Positions 1-9,815 of a stretch of 64,000 nucleotides of DNA are shown piece by piece; position 1 is the first letter of the stretch, and every line of letters begins with the position of its first letter. The position numbers and the translations under genes were made by a program. The stretch lies in sequence record OM337876.1; one strand, given 5' to 3'. A model generated the notes under the pieces. It was not told the DNA's origin, ran no database searches, and saw nothing but the letters and a program-made list of their open reading frames with translations. The stretch is from Klebsiella phage KP182.

Positions 1-76
1 CACCTCCCTTAAATACATCTTTAGCAAATAAGGGATAGCGTCTAGGTCTTGCACATCTTCTAAAAACCCGTCGAGG

Positions 77-643
77 TTAATCTTCAGCCTCATATAAAAA
101 TTCCAGATTAGGTCCATCGCTTGTAGGTTCGCTCTTTTTAGCAGACCCTGGCGCCTTATAAGCAGTGGATTCATACTGCGTCATTTTATCGTAGATGTCC
201 TGAATAAAGGTTTCATCTGCTAACGCAACCATATCATCGTCCCGTGAATCATACACGTTGTGGACAAAATAGCTGTATTTCTTTGCCATTTCTTTGCGTT
301 CTTTTTTGATACGCTGAACGAATGCATTGAAACAAGCTTGGGTTATATACGCATGCGGGTTATCATACTTAGTTTCATCGAAGTTGATTAAGCCTTTAAT
401 TGCGGCTTCAATCCCGTCTGAAATCATTTCTTGCTTCCAAGATTGGGTGTATCCTGAAAAGTTGAAACGCTTACTCAGACCTTCTGCGATCAGCATAATA
501 GCAAGGCCGATCGTATCGTTCTGTTTTACTACTCGAGGACCGCCAGCAGCTTCAGACTCCCGACACTTCTCTTTCCATGAACAGATTGATTTATACAACT
601 CCTTGTTATTTACATAATTACTCATATTGCCTCTTCGCTTCAA
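77..643 (-). CDS. 55: late-transcription sigma factor gp55
   Basis: 188-aa ORF with near-identity to T4 gp55 blocks ([35 protein letters not shown]; [20 protein letters not shown]; LEFLYEA). The true start is probably the internal Met ([10 protein letters not shown]) near 625. Confidence 0.9.
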   Translation of the reverse strand: MKRRGNMSNYVNNKELYKSICSWKEKCRESEAAGGPRVVKQNDTIGLAIMLIAEGLSKRFNFSGYTQSWKQEMISDGIEAAIKGLINFDETKYDNPHAYITQACFNAFVQRIKKERKEMAKKYSYFVHNVYDSRDDDMVALADETFIQDIYDKMTQYESTAYKAPGSAKKSEPTSDGPNLEFLYEAED

Positions 644-691
644 TTAATAATATCTATTATAACAAATTTGGGAAGCGAGAGGATTAAAGCA

Positions 692-937
692 TTACTTAAT
701 CAATTCAGCGCATGCAATTAATTTCATCATGATACGATAAAAATCGTTATATGTGAAATCTGATGGAACTTCAATTACGCATTCAAAATCTTCAAATACA
801 CGTTCCATTCCATAGTCAGCGATACTGTCGGTTTCAGCATACCAGTACGTTCCGTCTTGCGCAAATGTAATTTGGCTATTTTCAAGGCAGAACACACCTT
901 TAATATTTTCATGTGTAAGAGTCAACTGAATTTTCAT
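692..937 (-). CDS. hypothetical early protein (55.x-like position)
   Basis: 81-aa ORF on the transcribed strand, packed against its neighbours. No recognisable motif. Confidence 0.45.
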   Translation of the reverse strand: MKIQLTLTHENIKGVFCLENSQITFAQDGTYWYAETDSIADYGMERVFEDFECVIEVPSDFTYNDFYRIMMKLIACAELIK

Positions 938-1212
938 AGTTCACCCTTCATAATACGATAGCATTGGAACAGCTGTTCCATGATACGTTTGAACTCAACC
1001 AAACTAAGTTCAAACCAATCAGATTCGTCTTCTTCACGCATCATTTCCATGAATGAAGAGTATAAACTTTCATAATGAGTTTCATTTAACATAGAGGCAT
1101 GCGTTTCCCAATACATACCCTCTTCATTGTCAAACCAAACACCCATATAAGAATCTATAGTAAATCCGCCAATGCCTTCTACTACAATCATAATTTGGTT
1201 TACTTTAGCCAT
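934..1212 (-). CDS. hypothetical early protein
   Basis: 92-aa acidic ORF with 4-nt overlap coupling to neighbours. Confidence 0.45.
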   Translation of the reverse strand: MAKVNQIMIVVEGIGGFTIDSYMGVWFDNEEGMYWETHASMLNETHYESLYSSFMEMMREEDESDWFELSLVEFKRIMEQLFQCYRIMKGEL

Positions 1213-1424
1213 GCCTTCACCATGTTAATAGCATCTTCAAATTTAGAGAAAGCATCCACGGATGTGTATTCATTCTCTCCAGAGCGTTCATAAATCCAAA
1301 ACGCATCAAAATCTTCTTCAATGATGAATTCCCCGTTAGGAGTTTCAATCGTGTTTCTGCCATCAGGCGTTTTAGATATGAACCATCCAAGAAAACCAAC
1401 TTCTGCAATCTGTTCTTCAGTCAT
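1200..1424 (-). CDS. hypothetical early protein
   Basis: 74-aa ORF in the same orientation as its neighbours. Confidence 0.4.
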   Translation of the reverse strand: MTEEQIAEVGFLGWFISKTPDGRNTIETPNGEFIIEEDFDAFWIYERSGENEYTSVDAFSKFEDAINMVKAWLK

Positions 1425-1480
1425 TTAAAATTTCCACCAATTGATTATAGTTTAATGCTTTTCCAGAAGAAATCATAACC

Positions 1481-1738
1481 TTACGCATCAAGGTATTCTC
1501 GCAGTTCTTGCTCATTTAAACCTTCTTGCCACATCTCTGACGGAGACGGAAGTTGGCTGTCTAGAGTGGATGAATCAATTGGAAATACTCTGATAATTAC
1601 GCTAGTATCTTCATCCCATTGATTTGCGAGTATCCGTTTAGCCTGACTAATATCAGGCTCAGAATGAGCCCGGATATACTTAATCCTTCTATGCCATACA
1701 CCGGTAGGAATAGATGCGCATACGATATATGAAATCAT
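1481..1738 (-). CDS. hypothetical protein
   Basis: 85-aa ORF whose stop overlaps the next start. Confidence 0.4.
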   Translation of the reverse strand: MISYIVCASIPTGVWHRRIKYIRAHSEPDISQAKRILANQWDEDTSVIIRVFPIDSSTLDSQLPSPSEMWQEGLNEQELREYLDA

Positions 1739-2067
1739 TTCGCCGCCTTAACCGCTTTAACATCGCGGAAGCCTTTCTTACGTTGATTCTTCATCTTACG
1801 AATAGTGCTTTCAGAAATTTCACCGATACCCGGCGTGATTGGTTCTACACCAAAGGCTTTAATACCAAATTCAGACAGAAGATAAGCAACCACTAATTCA
1901 CGGATGCGGGCTTTACCAATTTTTTGGCCTTCTTCCTTCATAGTTCCATGAAGTTCAACTTCCCACTGGTCAAGCAAAGACGGAGTTACACAACGTCCTT
2001 CTTCCAGCATTGCAGATACTTTATCATAAGCAAAAGAGTTCAGTACGTTTTTGATTGCTTGGGACAT
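1735..2067 (-). CDS. hypothetical protein
   Basis: 110-aa ORF with a basic C-terminus. Confidence 0.45.
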   Translation of the reverse strand: MSQAIKNVLNSFAYDKVSAMLEEGRCVTPSLLDQWEVELHGTMKEEGQKIGKARIRELVVAYLLSEFGIKAFGVEPITPGIGEISESTIRKMKNQRKKGFRDVKAVKAAK

Positions 2068-2131
2068 ATTAATTTCCTCAGTAACGATTGTTTTGACAGA
2101 GGAGATTTTAAATCAAATCTCCTGTAGCAAA

Positions 2132-2401
2132 TCAATCTTTGAGAGATTTTAACTCTTCGAGCATATCGTAGTATTCTTTACTAGCAACCGGAGCTACAGT
2201 ACAGTGGTAGCTATTGAATTCATGATATTTCACGAAGCGTTCAAGATGCCACTTAATCAGATTGTTAATTCTGTGAAGCAGAACCCCATCTGAACCGACG
2301 TAGACAACTACTTCAAATTGAAGCCCATCCCAAATTCTGGTACGGACGATATCACCTACAGCAAAAGTTTTCATGCGATGTACCAATGTTCGTTTTGCCA
2401 A
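2132..2401 (-). CDS. hypothetical protein
   Basis: 89-aa ORF downstream of early promoter P1. Confidence 0.4.
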   Translation of the reverse strand: MAKRTLVHRMKTFAVGDIVRTRIWDGLQFEVVVYVGSDGVLLHRINNLIKWHLERFVKYHEFNSYHCTVAPVASKEYYDMLEELKSLKD

Positions 2402-2559
2402 GACTCACCCTTGTACCAGCGAGTCATATCATATCCATTTTCGTCACAGATGACTTTGTTCTTCATCAAGAAGTATTCATCATCAGTAAAATGCACATGC
2501 TTTACTTTACAGCCTTTACTCATAGCTTCTAGAGCTTCTTGCCAATTTAACCAGTTCAT
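2371..2559 (-). CDS. hypothetical protein
   Basis: 62-aa ORF that is the first gene after early promoter P1. Confidence 0.4.
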   Translation of the reverse strand: MNWLNWQEALEAMSKGCKVKHVHFTDDEYFLMKNKVICDENGYDMTRWYKGESWQNEHWYIA

Positions 2560-2605
2560 ATTTTCCTCTCGAGTTAAACGGTATGCTGTTATCCGTTGAT
2601 AGGAC

Positions 2606-2636
2606 TATGGTATCACTCATCAACTAGCTTGTAAAC
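2606..2636 (-). promoter_or_regulatory. T4-type early promoter (-35 GTTTAC, extended -10 TGaTACcAT)
   Basis: Minus-strand reading is TTTCACAAAGTTGTTTAC, 15 nt, TGATACCATA. The same architecture recurs at least nine more times in the window. Confidence 0.7.
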
Positions 2637-2654
2637 AACTTTGTGAAATGAATT

Positions 2655-2690
2655 TAAAATAAAAGAGAGGTCCCATAGGAACCTCTAAAT
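2655..2690 (-). terminator. rho-independent terminator after nrdH-like gene
   Basis: Minus strand has an AGAGGTTCC/GGGACCTCT hairpin followed by CTTTTATTTT. Confidence 0.65.
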
Positions 2691-2744
2691 GAAGGGTATA
2701 GAAATATACAGAAGGTGGTCAAGATGACCTTAGAAAGGAACCGG

Positions 2745-3047
2745 TTAATCTTCTATGATATCTGGGTCATGCCCAGCAGCAATAAGATTGGTTTTGAATG
2801 TTGGAATGTCATACTGCTTAACGTTATCCATAAAAATGACAGGATACCGAATAGCAAGCGATGGATAGCACCCGATGCGTTTAGCAAGTGACTCAATCAA
2901 CGGACGGTCATAAACTGGTTGACCGTCTACCTCATTGATTACGTTATAGAACTCATACGGAAGCTGCAGCTTATCGAGCAAGTCACGAACTGCTTTACAT
3001 CCAGGGCATCTCCAAACTTCTTCAGGGATGCCATAGATTTCTATCAT
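2745..3047 (-). CDS. nrdH: glutaredoxin/NrdH-like redoxin
   Basis: 100-aa ORF with a CPGC redox motif near the N-terminus. Its position between 55 and nrdG matches T4 nrdH. Confidence 0.7.
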   Translation of the reverse strand: MIEIYGIPEEVWRCPGCKAVRDLLDKLQLPYEFYNVINEVDGQPVYDRPLIESLAKRIGCYPSLAIRYPVIFMDNVKQYDIPTFKTNLIAAGHDPDIIED

Positions 3048-3256
3048 TTCATGACCTGTTGGAGTTTAGCAGTCAGAGTGTTAACTCGTTTCTGAAATTC
3101 TTCATTAGATAACTTTTCATCTTTCTTGGTAGGATTAATCCAATCTGCGATGATAATAAGTACAATGAACGGAATTGCTACGAAAGCACCTGCCGTTAAT
3201 GCAACCAAAGCGATAACGTTAGAAATAAATTTACGAATAGCATTAATAAATTTCAT
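3044..3256 (-). CDS. small membrane protein
   Basis: 70-aa ORF with a long hydrophobic stretch (ALVALTAGAFVAIPFIVLIIIA). Confidence 0.45.
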   Translation of the reverse strand: MKFINAIRKFISNVIALVALTAGAFVAIPFIVLIIIADWINPTKKDEKLSNEEFQKRVNTLTAKLQQVMK

Positions 3257-3373
3257 AATTTTCCTTAAATAGTAAAGATGAACGCTGTCATAGCCAGAAA
3301 TTCCGGTCCAAACAGTTCAGTAGCCATGTGGTTCAGGGTAAACATAATTTTGTAAGTCAGCATATCTATTTCC

Positions 3374-3844
3374 TCAATCGTGTGTCCAGGTAGAACCATT
3401 TCTTACCCAGAGTCTTTGGTTGTCAGAACCACGCCAGTTTTTAGTAGTTGGCAGTGATTTCTCATATTTCCCATCAATTATAACATCGATGTGTTGTAGC
3501 AAATCTAAATCTTTGATATCTTCAAACTTATATCCTGTCCACATCCAGATATCTTTCTCCGGAAATCTTGCTTTAACCCAAGAAACTAAATTTGAAATCT
3601 CTTCCCGGTTCTGTGGATAAAGTGGGTCACCACCGGTTAAGGTAAGGCCTTGGATATACGATTTGCTTAAGTGAGATGCAATTTCTTTAACGGTATTCAT
3701 AGTGAATAGCTGTCCGTTACGAGCATTCCACGTACTACGATTATAACACCCTTCACATTTATGCAAACACCCTGTGACAAAAAGAACAGTCCTGCATCCT
3801 GGCCCATTAACAAAATCAGAAGGGTAGATTCTGTCGAAATTCAT
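3374..3844 (-). CDS. nrdG: anaerobic ribonucleotide reductase activating protein (radical SAM)
   Basis: 156-aa ORF with a CLHKCEGCYN CxxxCxxC radical-SAM motif, located next to nrdD. Confidence 0.9.
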   Translation of the reverse strand: MNFDRIYPSDFVNGPGCRTVLFVTGCLHKCEGCYNRSTWNARNGQLFTMNTVKEIASHLSKSYIQGLTLTGGDPLYPQNREEISNLVSWVKARFPEKDIWMWTGYKFEDIKDLDLLQHIDVIIDGKYEKSLPTTKNWRGSDNQRLWVRNGSTWTHD

Positions 3845-4049
3845 TAAACCTTACCTCATTACGTGCTTCTACTTCTGCATCATATTTCCAGGGCTCATCA
3901 GTTTGAATAGCCCCAGCCGATAATCCACTTTCGGGGTCACGGGTTATAGCAATTCCAAGCGGGTGCAGAACCTCTTTGTTGATTTTCCAAATCAATCCCC
4001 ATTCGCTAAGTTGGTTCCAATCAACTTGCTTCATTGGTTTCTCTAACAT
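3816..4049 (-). CDS. hypothetical small protein between nrdG and nrdD
   Basis: 77-aa ORF that overlaps both neighbours by a few codons. Confidence 0.35.
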   Translation of the reverse strand: MLEKPMKQVDWNQLSEWGLIWKINKEVLHPLGIAITRDPESGLSAGAIQTDEPWKYDAEVEARNEVRFNEFRQNLPF

Positions 4050-5859
4050 GTTTTACCCTATGCATAATTTCTTTGTTCTTACCAAGATTGAACCCACGCT
4101 CAGAAGGATTACCAAGATAGCCGCAAGTCCTACGAATTGTATTCATTTTCTTTGGATCAGTTTCACCGCAAATTGAGCATGTGAATCCGTTTTCAGTAGG
4201 TGTCATCTCATGGGTAGAACCACAAGAAAGGCATTTATCTACTGGCATATTAACACCAAAATAATCCAACTTCTCGATAGCATAGTCCCATACCGCTTCA
4301 AGACCTTCAAGGTTGCGCTTCATGTCAGGAAGTTCAACATAAGAAATATGACCACCTTTAGCAATGGAATGATATGGTGCTTCACGGTCAATCTTTTCAA
4401 AAGGTGACAGGTTTTCTTCTACTGACACATGGAAACTATTAGTGTACCAGCCTTTATCAGTTACGCCCTTTACATCTCCAAATTTGGCTTGGTCAATCTT
4501 ACAAAAACGATAGCACAGACTTTCAGCCGGAGTAGAATACAAACTAAAGGCATACCCGGTTTCTTCCGTCCATTTATTAAGTTTAGTGTTGATATACTTC
4601 AGGACGAGTTTACCACTTCCTTTAAAAGTAAGCATATCAAATTCGTGGATGCCAATATATCCTAATGAAATTGAACTACGTCCATTTTTGAATAGCTCAA
4701 GAATTTCATCATCGGGTTTCATACGCACACCAAAAGCACCTTCCTGATAAAGAATAGGAGCAACCGATGCAGTAACACCTTCAAGTGATTTAATTCTAGT
4801 TAAAAGAGCTTCTTTACAAATATCAAGACGTTCATCCAGTAATTTGAATAGTTTATTACTATCATCTGAACATTTATAATTGGCATCTAAAGCTATCCTA
4901 GGGAGGTTCAGTGTTACTACCCCTAGATTATTACGGCCATCAAGAACGGGTTTGCCAGAAGAGTCTCTCCAAGCACCAAGGAAACTTCTACAGCCCATTG
5001 GAGATACAGGAGTTTCTGAACCTGTAATTGCTCTATTATTTCTAGCACTGATGATATCAGGATACATACGCTTAGCTGCGCATTCTAATGCAAGCTGCTT
5101 AATATCATAGTTCGGGTCTTCTTTGCGTAGATTAATGCCTTCTTCTACAAACATCACAAGCTTTGGAAAGATTGGAGTAATTCCATCGCGTCCTAATCCA
5201 CGAATACGATTATCAAGAATAGCTCGTTGAATTAATTTTTCTTCCCATGACGTGCCCATACCAAATGTGATAGTCACAAACGGAGTTTGGCCATTTGAAC
5301 TGAACAAAGTATTCACTTCATATTCATACGCCTGGAAAGCATCAAATACATCTTTTTCTGTTTTTGAAATAGCATAATCTTTTACTAATGCTACCTGATA
5401 TTTGCGAGCATCACGTACGTGTTTAGCGAATGTCTTCTCTACATAAGGAGCCAGAACTAAATCAACATTAGCAAAGGTAGTTCCACCATATTGGTGAGAT
5501 GCTACCTGTGCAGTGATTTGCGCCATAATAGCAGTAGCTACTCCAATACTCTTAGGAGTTTCAATTTGAGCGTTACCAAGTTTAAAGCCATTCTGCAACA
5601 TACCTTTCAAATCTACCAAACAGCAGTTGGTGAAAGGCAAAGCTGGACTGTAGTCCATATCATGAAAATGGATAACACCTTCTTTGTGCGCTTCCATTAC
5701 AGAGAAAGGAATGACCTGATTGGCGATATGTTTAGATACGATACCAGCCATCAGGTCACGTTGGGTAGGAAAAACACGAGAATCTTTGTTAGCATTCTCG
5801 TTTAAGAGGTCCTTGTTGGTTTTATTAATAAGTCCCTGGATTTCTAATTCGATATTCAT
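4021..5859 (-). CDS. nrdD: anaerobic ribonucleoside-triphosphate reductase, intron-less
   Basis: 612-aa ORF with T4 NrdD N-terminal identity (KTNKDLLNENANKDSRVFPTQRDLMAGIVSKHIA) and the C-terminal glycyl-radical motif RRTCGYLG. It is a single uninterrupted ORF. Confidence 0.95.
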   Translation of the reverse strand: MNIELEIQGLINKTNKDLLNENANKDSRVFPTQRDLMAGIVSKHIANQVIPFSVMEAHKEGVIHFHDMDYSPALPFTNCCLVDLKGMLQNGFKLGNAQIETPKSIGVATAIMAQITAQVASHQYGGTTFANVDLVLAPYVEKTFAKHVRDARKYQVALVKDYAISKTEKDVFDAFQAYEYEVNTLFSSNGQTPFVTITFGMGTSWEEKLIQRAILDNRIRGLGRDGITPIFPKLVMFVEEGINLRKEDPNYDIKQLALECAAKRMYPDIISARNNRAITGSETPVSPMGCRSFLGAWRDSSGKPVLDGRNNLGVVTLNLPRIALDANYKCSDDSNKLFKLLDERLDICKEALLTRIKSLEGVTASVAPILYQEGAFGVRMKPDDEILELFKNGRSSISLGYIGIHEFDMLTFKGSGKLVLKYINTKLNKWTEETGYAFSLYSTPAESLCYRFCKIDQAKFGDVKGVTDKGWYTNSFHVSVEENLSPFEKIDREAPYHSIAKGGHISYVELPDMKRNLEGLEAVWDYAIEKLDYFGVNMPVDKCLSCGSTHEMTPTENGFTCSICGETDPKKMNTIRRTCGYLGNPSERGFNLGKNKEIMHRVKHVRETNEAS

Positions 5860-6329
5860 TTTAAACTCTTACGAAGCTGCTTCTTGTATTTTGAAGCAAG
5901 TTGTGATTTTCCATCACTTTCCTCGTATGTAAACCCATGCAATTCCATTTCAGCAATCATCTCAGGCTTACCAAGACGTGAAAAGCGTTTAGCCATATCG
6001 GCAACATATTGCGGGTGAATATTATTGTCTTTACGATTCTGGCGGAGATAGACCAGCAAATTCTCTAACCATTCGAGGTAGTCAATATCTTGACCTTTTA
6101 AACCAGAGCGGTTGAACTTATGCTTCATTTGGCCTTCTGCCGCATTACACAGGTTACAGAGCAAGCCTCTGACCTTTCCTGCATTGTCACCTTCTAACGC
6201 ATGGTCATGGTCGAGGTGGTTCTTTTGAATATCCTCATCTAAAGGACGTTTGCAGCAAGGACATAATCCGTTCTGTGCCTGATATAGTTTTTCTTTTTCT
6301 TCTTTATATAACTTACCGGTTAATAACAT
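5856..6329 (-). CDS. 49: endonuclease VII (Holliday junction resolvase)
   Basis: 157-aa ORF nearly identical to T4 gp49 (MLLTGKLYKEEK...KVRGLLCNLCNAAEGQMKHKFNRSGLKGQ...KKQLRKSLK). Confidence 0.95.
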   Translation of the reverse strand: MLLTGKLYKEEKEKLYQAQNGLCPCCKRPLDEDIQKNHLDHDHALEGDNAGKVRGLLCNLCNAAEGQMKHKFNRSGLKGQDIDYLEWLENLLVYLRQNRKDNNIHPQYVADMAKRFSRLGKPEMIAEMELHGFTYEESDGKSQLASKYKKQLRKSLK

Positions 6330-6365
6330 ACTCTTACCTCAGCGATTAGATAAGAGTATTTATAG

Positions 6366-6698
6366 CTAAATTAACGAGTAACTACTATACATATTTTTAG
6401 ATGATTCTTTAATACAGTATGAGGTGCAGAACGCAAAAATTCCAGTGATATTATCTGCATGATAACTGTAGACTTCGTTGCTATTCGCATCTACAAGTTT
6501 GACGCTTTTCCATGCCATGGCATCGATATCATCTTCATAATAGCCATCTGAAAATTCAATGATATCTCCAACTTTAATTCCATGGTCTTTAAAGACGCTT
6601 TTAATCTGGCGATGCAGCTCAGACAGGTCTAGGAGTTTAACCTTAATTGATTTAGAAATGCAAGTATTAGACATGATGAACTCCAAGACGCTGTTCAA
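6366..6698 (-). CDS. hypothetical protein (49.x/pin region)
   Basis: 110-aa ORF. Confidence 0.4.
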   Translation of the reverse strand: MNSVLEFIMSNTCISKSIKVKLLDLSELHRQIKSVFKDHGIKVGDIIEFSDGYYEDDIDAMAWKSVKLVDANSNEVYSYHADNITGIFAFCTSYCIKESSKNMYSSYSLI

Positions 6699-7119
6699 GG
6701 GCGACGATGTAATCCGCGGCTTTTTGCATTAAAGCATACTCTTCTGAATCACAATTTTCCTGTCCAGCAAAGGCATAAAGAGCTCTGGTAATTGGAACGA
6801 TTGCACCTTGGAAATGGTTAAGTTTAATTTCAGAAATCAGAGGAACATCTTCACCTTGACCAATTTCTTTAATTTGGTGCATCGTATCTTCGCTGTAGAA
6901 ACACCAGAACCAAGATTCGCCGTGTGGAGTTGGGTCGTTAATAGTAATGATTTTGTTTGTCAGCAAATCAATTACAGCAGTAATTCCACACATTTCAAGG
7001 TCATCTTCGTTGGCCACAGAAATGACTTGGAACTTAAATCCCGGAATGAACATAGGAAATTGTTCGCTCAGTTCATCATCATTCTCAATAACTTCAAACT
7101 GCTTACCAATAAGTCCCAT
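6667..7119 (-). CDS. hypothetical protein (pin-like position)
   Basis: 150-aa acidic ORF. Its position corresponds to T4 pin, but the sequence was not recognised. Confidence 0.4.
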   Translation of the reverse strand: MGLIGKQFEVIENDDELSEQFPMFIPGFKFQVISVANEDDLEMCGITAVIDLLTNKIITINDPTPHGESWFWCFYSEDTMHQIKEIGQGEDVPLISEIKLNHFQGAIVPITRALYAFAGQENCDSEEYALMQKAADYIVALEQRLGVHHV

Positions 7120-7239
7120 TCACTTTGTCCTCATAATCAAGCAATTCATTTATAGTGGGTTCAGAGGTATTATAATCCTCTTCAGGAATAGCATCTTCCT
7201 CTGGCTCGACAGTTTCCCAGCGAGCCGCATACCAGGGTT

Positions 7240-7653
7240 TTAGACCTTTGCTACTTTGCATGGTGTTGGTTCAGAATCATGTTCAATACGCCATTCAACT
7301 TCAGTGCGAGTAACCACTTTTTCATGGCGAGAAACGATATCTACTTCAGGAGGACTATAATACCAATCAGTATGATATGAACCTGAACGAGATTCTGATA
7401 CCATGAAATGAACGCCGCGTGCTGGATAATACCAAATTTGAGTGCGGTCTTGATACTTGTGCTCTTGTGTCCAATCTCCATCTTCTACTAAAACAAAGAT
7501 TTCTTCTGCATCATCGTCTGGTGCATTAGGCGGATATTCGAAATCGTAGTTGTCGTCCCAACCACCAGTGACGCCAGCGATATGCTTGATTTCTTTTACT
7601 AATTCAGCGTTAGTCATTTTAGCCTCGCAGTTTTTGTAGGTCTTCATCATCAA
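7240..7653 (-). CDS. hypothetical protein
   Basis: 137-aa ORF. Confidence 0.4.
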   Translation of the reverse strand: MMMKTYKNCEAKMTNAELVKEIKHIAGVTGGWDDNYDFEYPPNAPDDDAEEIFVLVEDGDWTQEHKYQDRTQIWYYPARGVHFMVSESRSGSYHTDWYYSPPEVDIVSRHEKVVTRTEVEWRIEHDSEPTPCKVAKV

Positions 7654-7807
7654 TCCAGCTTTCTAAACCGGATGGAAGCGCACATTCAATTTCCCATAAC
7701 AGTTCTTCAATTGCTTGCAAGCGTTCAAGCTCTTCTGCTGAAATAGTTACCATGCGTGGAGCTTTTAAATCGCCAATATCATAACTCATAGTTCTTCCTC
7801 ATGTTAA

Positions 7808-8053
7808 TCATAATTTAACCATGCACTCGCCGTATTTCCATTTAGACATAACTTTAACTCCATTAGAGTAAGTTACCTCTACCTTTGCTCGATGATTTTT
7901 GATTTGTTTAATCTCACCGGTTTCTAATCCACCATAGCCATAATAAAGGGCTACAATATCACCCTCCCGAAGGAGGGTTCCACGATAATCATGCATTGAA
8001 TTTGAATTTACGGAGTTCATCAAAACCGCCGATATGTGTACCGTCAGGAGCAA
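7808..8053 (-). CDS. hypothetical protein
   Basis: 81-aa ORF overlapping the nrdC stop. Confidence 0.4.
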   Translation of the reverse strand: MLLTVHISAVLMNSVNSNSMHDYRGTLLREGDIVALYYGYGGLETGEIKQIKNHRAKVEVTYSNGVKVMSKWKYGECMVKL

Positions 8054-8258
8054 AAATCTGAGGCATAGTTAATCCAACCTGTGATTCACGACCTAAACGG
8101 CGAAGCAAATCACTGATAACCACTTCATCAAATACGCCTTTTTCTGGCATTACATTGATGAATGCATATTCTTGCTTCTTAACGTCGAGCAGGCGTTTTG
8201 CGTTATCGCAAAATACACACTTATGGATGTTGCTGTCGTAACCAAAAACCGTGAACAT
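7989..8258 (-). CDS. nrdC: thioredoxin (phage T4 NrdC type)
   Basis: 89-aa ORF (MFTVFGYDSNIHKCVFCDNAKRLLDVKKQ...GLTMPQIFAPDGTHIGGFDELR) matching T4 thioredoxin. Confidence 0.9.
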   Translation of the reverse strand: MFTVFGYDSNIHKCVFCDNAKRLLDVKKQEYAFINVMPEKGVFDEVVISDLLRRLGRESQVGLTMPQIFAPDGTHIGGFDELRKFKFNA

Positions 8259-8511
8259 CTTCTTCTATTTCCTTAAATACTTGTGCTTGAACTGTTTTCC
8301 AATCTGGGTGGAGTACTGCTTTAACATAGTTTGTCATACCAAGACGCTTCATTACTTCGCCATCAATAGCTGCTTGAGCAAAATTTCTTCCGCGGGTCAT
8401 AGCTCCTTTTAGATTAGAGTTATCCGCGATTTGTCCAGTCTCATTATAATAAACCGAATACATGAGTAGCATTACTCGTTCAGCTTCTTCCATATAACGT
8501 TTGCGTGCCAT
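8221..8511 (-). CDS. hypothetical protein
   Basis: 96-aa ORF. Confidence 0.4.
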   Translation of the reverse strand: MARKRYMEEAERVMLLMYSVYYNETGQIADNSNLKGAMTRGRNFAQAAIDGEVMKRLGMTNYVKAVLHPDWKTVQAQVFKEIEEDVHGFWLRQQHP

Positions 8512-8662
8512 TATTCCGCCTTAGATTTAGATTCTTCACGTAATGCTGCCAGTGCATCTTTAATAATATCGCCTGGTATAGGTTGAACACTAATTAGTTC
8601 TTTAGAGATGTGCTCAGAAATTGCTTGCCGTGGCACTTTTAGTTTGCTGAAATCAATTTTAT

Positions 8663-9172
8663 TCATTTTGCTTTTACCGGAAAGTGTTCTTCTAGTTTAG
8701 CTGCGATGGCAGCATTGATTTGGTCAGCAAAGTTTTTATTCATTGCTTGGACGATGATTTCCTGAATTCTGTGATTAGCGCTTTCGATTGTCATTTTAAT
8801 ACGGTCTTCTGCTGCTTTAGCTGCATCTTCAATAGTCTGACGAACCATTTCATCAATAGCTTCTTTAGCACTGGCTTGAGCAGCGTTTCGCATCTTCTGA
8901 GACATTTCAGGTTTAGCAGATGTATCATTCCAACCACGCGTATGGAATAATTCATTGAGTTGCTTACGGACTTCTGCTCGTACATCAGGAACATCAATAG
9001 CAGCAATAGCAATTTCGGATTGTACTGCTTGCTTCAGCTTATTCTGGGAATCTTTTAACACCATTTCTTTAACGATGTTATTGATTACTGACTGCTGCAG
9101 TTGAGCACGGGCTGCTGTACCTTCTGGGAATAGCTGGCGTACTGCATAAGTATCTAATTTAATGTCAATCAT
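8663..9172 (-). CDS. hypothetical coiled-coil protein
   Basis: 169-aa ORF that is Ala/Gln/Glu-rich and helical. Confidence 0.4.
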   Translation of the reverse strand: MIDIKLDTYAVRQLFPEGTAARAQLQQSVINNIVKEMVLKDSQNKLKQAVQSEIAIAAIDVPDVRAEVRKQLNELFHTRGWNDTSAKPEMSQKMRNAAQASAKEAIDEMVRQTIEDAAKAAEDRIKMTIESANHRIQEIIVQAMNKNFADQINAAIAAKLEEHFPVKAK

Positions 9173-9504
9173 TTTACCTTTTTCACTCCAGGAATATTAG
9201 AGATAGTTTCAAATACTTTGGCGAAGTCATCTTTATCAACAGTGACTACCATAGTGCGAGTGGTCTGTTTCTTTTTCCAACGTTTAAAGAAAGTTTCAAG
9301 ACTCAAATCATGGGAAGTGAAGGAATCATCATCGGTTTTGTAAACATATCCGCTTTCAATTTTTACTACCGCATCAGGCGAAGGGTCTTCATATTCTTCT
9401 ACTTCAACATCATCAAAGAGTATTAAAGTGTCATCATGATAATAGCCTTCCCAGAAGGCTTCATCGTTATAAAATTCTTTCCAAAGCGCGCCAGTTGTTT
9501 TCAT
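9169..9504 (-). CDS. hypothetical protein
   Basis: 111-aa ORF. Confidence 0.4.
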   Translation of the reverse strand: MKTTGALWKEFYNDEAFWEGYYHDDTLILFDDVEVEEYEDPSPDAVVKIESGYVYKTDDDSFTSHDLSLETFFKRWKKKQTTRTMVVTVDKDDFAKVFETISNIPGVKKVK

Positions 9505-9815
9505 TTAATCACCTTCTTCCAAGCTTCGTGAGCAGCGCATGCTAATACTTCATCATCAGTCAAATTGAACTTGCCTTCATTACGCAGAGCAATCATTTCA
9601 TTGAATTCAGTATCAGTTCTAAGCATCATGTTAAGAACTGTAAAATCCATTGTCGCTCGAAGATATTCTTTAAGCTGCATAGGGTCGATGCCACTTTCGT
9701 ATGCGTCAAGAATCATATCTGCAATGATGTTATCAAAGTTTTTGTCTTTTATGAGGTTATTAGCATACTCGACAAAAAACTTAGTATTAGCACCAGTAAT
9801 AGTTTTAGTAATCAT
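9501..9815 (-). CDS. hypothetical protein
   Basis: 104-aa ORF. Confidence 0.4.
   Translation of the reverse strand: MITKTITGANTKFFVEYANNLIKDKNFDNIIADMILDAYESGIDPMQLKEYLRATMDFTVLNMMLRTDTEFNEMIALRNEGKFNLTDDEVLACAAHEAWKKVIK

Noticed and set aside
1-76. 3-prime flank before gene 55
   Set aside because: Only 76 nt with no complete ORF. It could be the end of the next leftward gene, but it is too short to call.
327-617. 96-aa plus-strand ORF inside gene 55
   Set aside because: It is antisense to a highly conserved gp55 coding region, so it is a frame artefact. Most plus-strand ORFs in 1-41900 and minus-strand ORFs in 42700-64000 were discarded for the same reason, for example 30207..30749, 30236..30586, 49934..50188 and 58713..59057.
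6667-7119. Assignment of this ORF as T4 pin (protease inhibitor)
   Set aside because: Only the map position supports it and I cannot recall sequence similarity, so it is left as hypothetical.
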